This document shows positions 63,873 through 64,000 of a DNA stretch of 64,000 nucleotides, one piece after another; the first letter of the stretch is position 1, and each line of letters begins with the position of its first letter. This DNA is from Callorhinchus milii (taxonomy: Eukaryota). Location: contig NW_024704742.1 in assembly GCF_018977255.1 (NCBI RefSeq), positions 134,232,001 to 134,296,000 on the forward strand, given 5' to 3'. The translations under genes were made by a program, and so were the position numbers. Below the pieces are notes generated by a model that was not told the origin of the DNA, searched no databases, and saw nothing but the letters and a program-made list of their open reading frames with translations.

Positions 63873-64000
63873 CGTCACCTTTTAGATGACAGAGCAATAT
63901 GCCTTGAGGGGTGTTGGCCAGGGTTCTGTTTCACTTTTCTGATAAGTATGGTGGGATTCTTAACGTTCCCCCTGAACAGGCAGGCAGGAACTCATTTGTA

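Noticed and set aside
60834..64000. Upstream MALT1 exons (death domain and first half of Ig1)
   Set aside because: No matching translation was found, so they presumably lie beyond the window.

Overview
Repeat-rich vertebrate genomic DNA. It is most likely from a cartilaginous fish (inference from Deu-domain tRNA-SINEs, L2/CR1 LINEs and shark-type Penelope-like foldback elements). The main feature is a minus-strand MALT1-family paracaspase gene. Fourteen coding exons from 60833 down to the stop at 41226 join through GT-AG splice sites into one uninterrupted 2046-nt frame (681 aa plus stop). It covers the second half of Ig1, Ig2, linker micro-exons, the caspase-like domain with an intact His/Cys dyad, Ig3 and the C-terminal tail. 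The death-domain and first Ig1 exons lie beyond position 64000. A CpG island at about 14.9-15.25 kb carries six tandem NRF1 motifs and a minus-strand splice donor. It appears to start a second, unidentified gene with candidate non-coding exons further left. The rest is mostly LINE/SINE fragments, a hAT MITE, a 20-bp minisatellite and microsatellites. I found no convincing novel multi-gene system. The best leads are a near-perfect 37-bp hairpin with a telomeric loop, hammerhead-ribozyme cores in Penelope-like elements, an old unclassified repeat family, and inverted young SINEs bracketing three in-frame MALT1 exons. Repeat boundaries are approximate.
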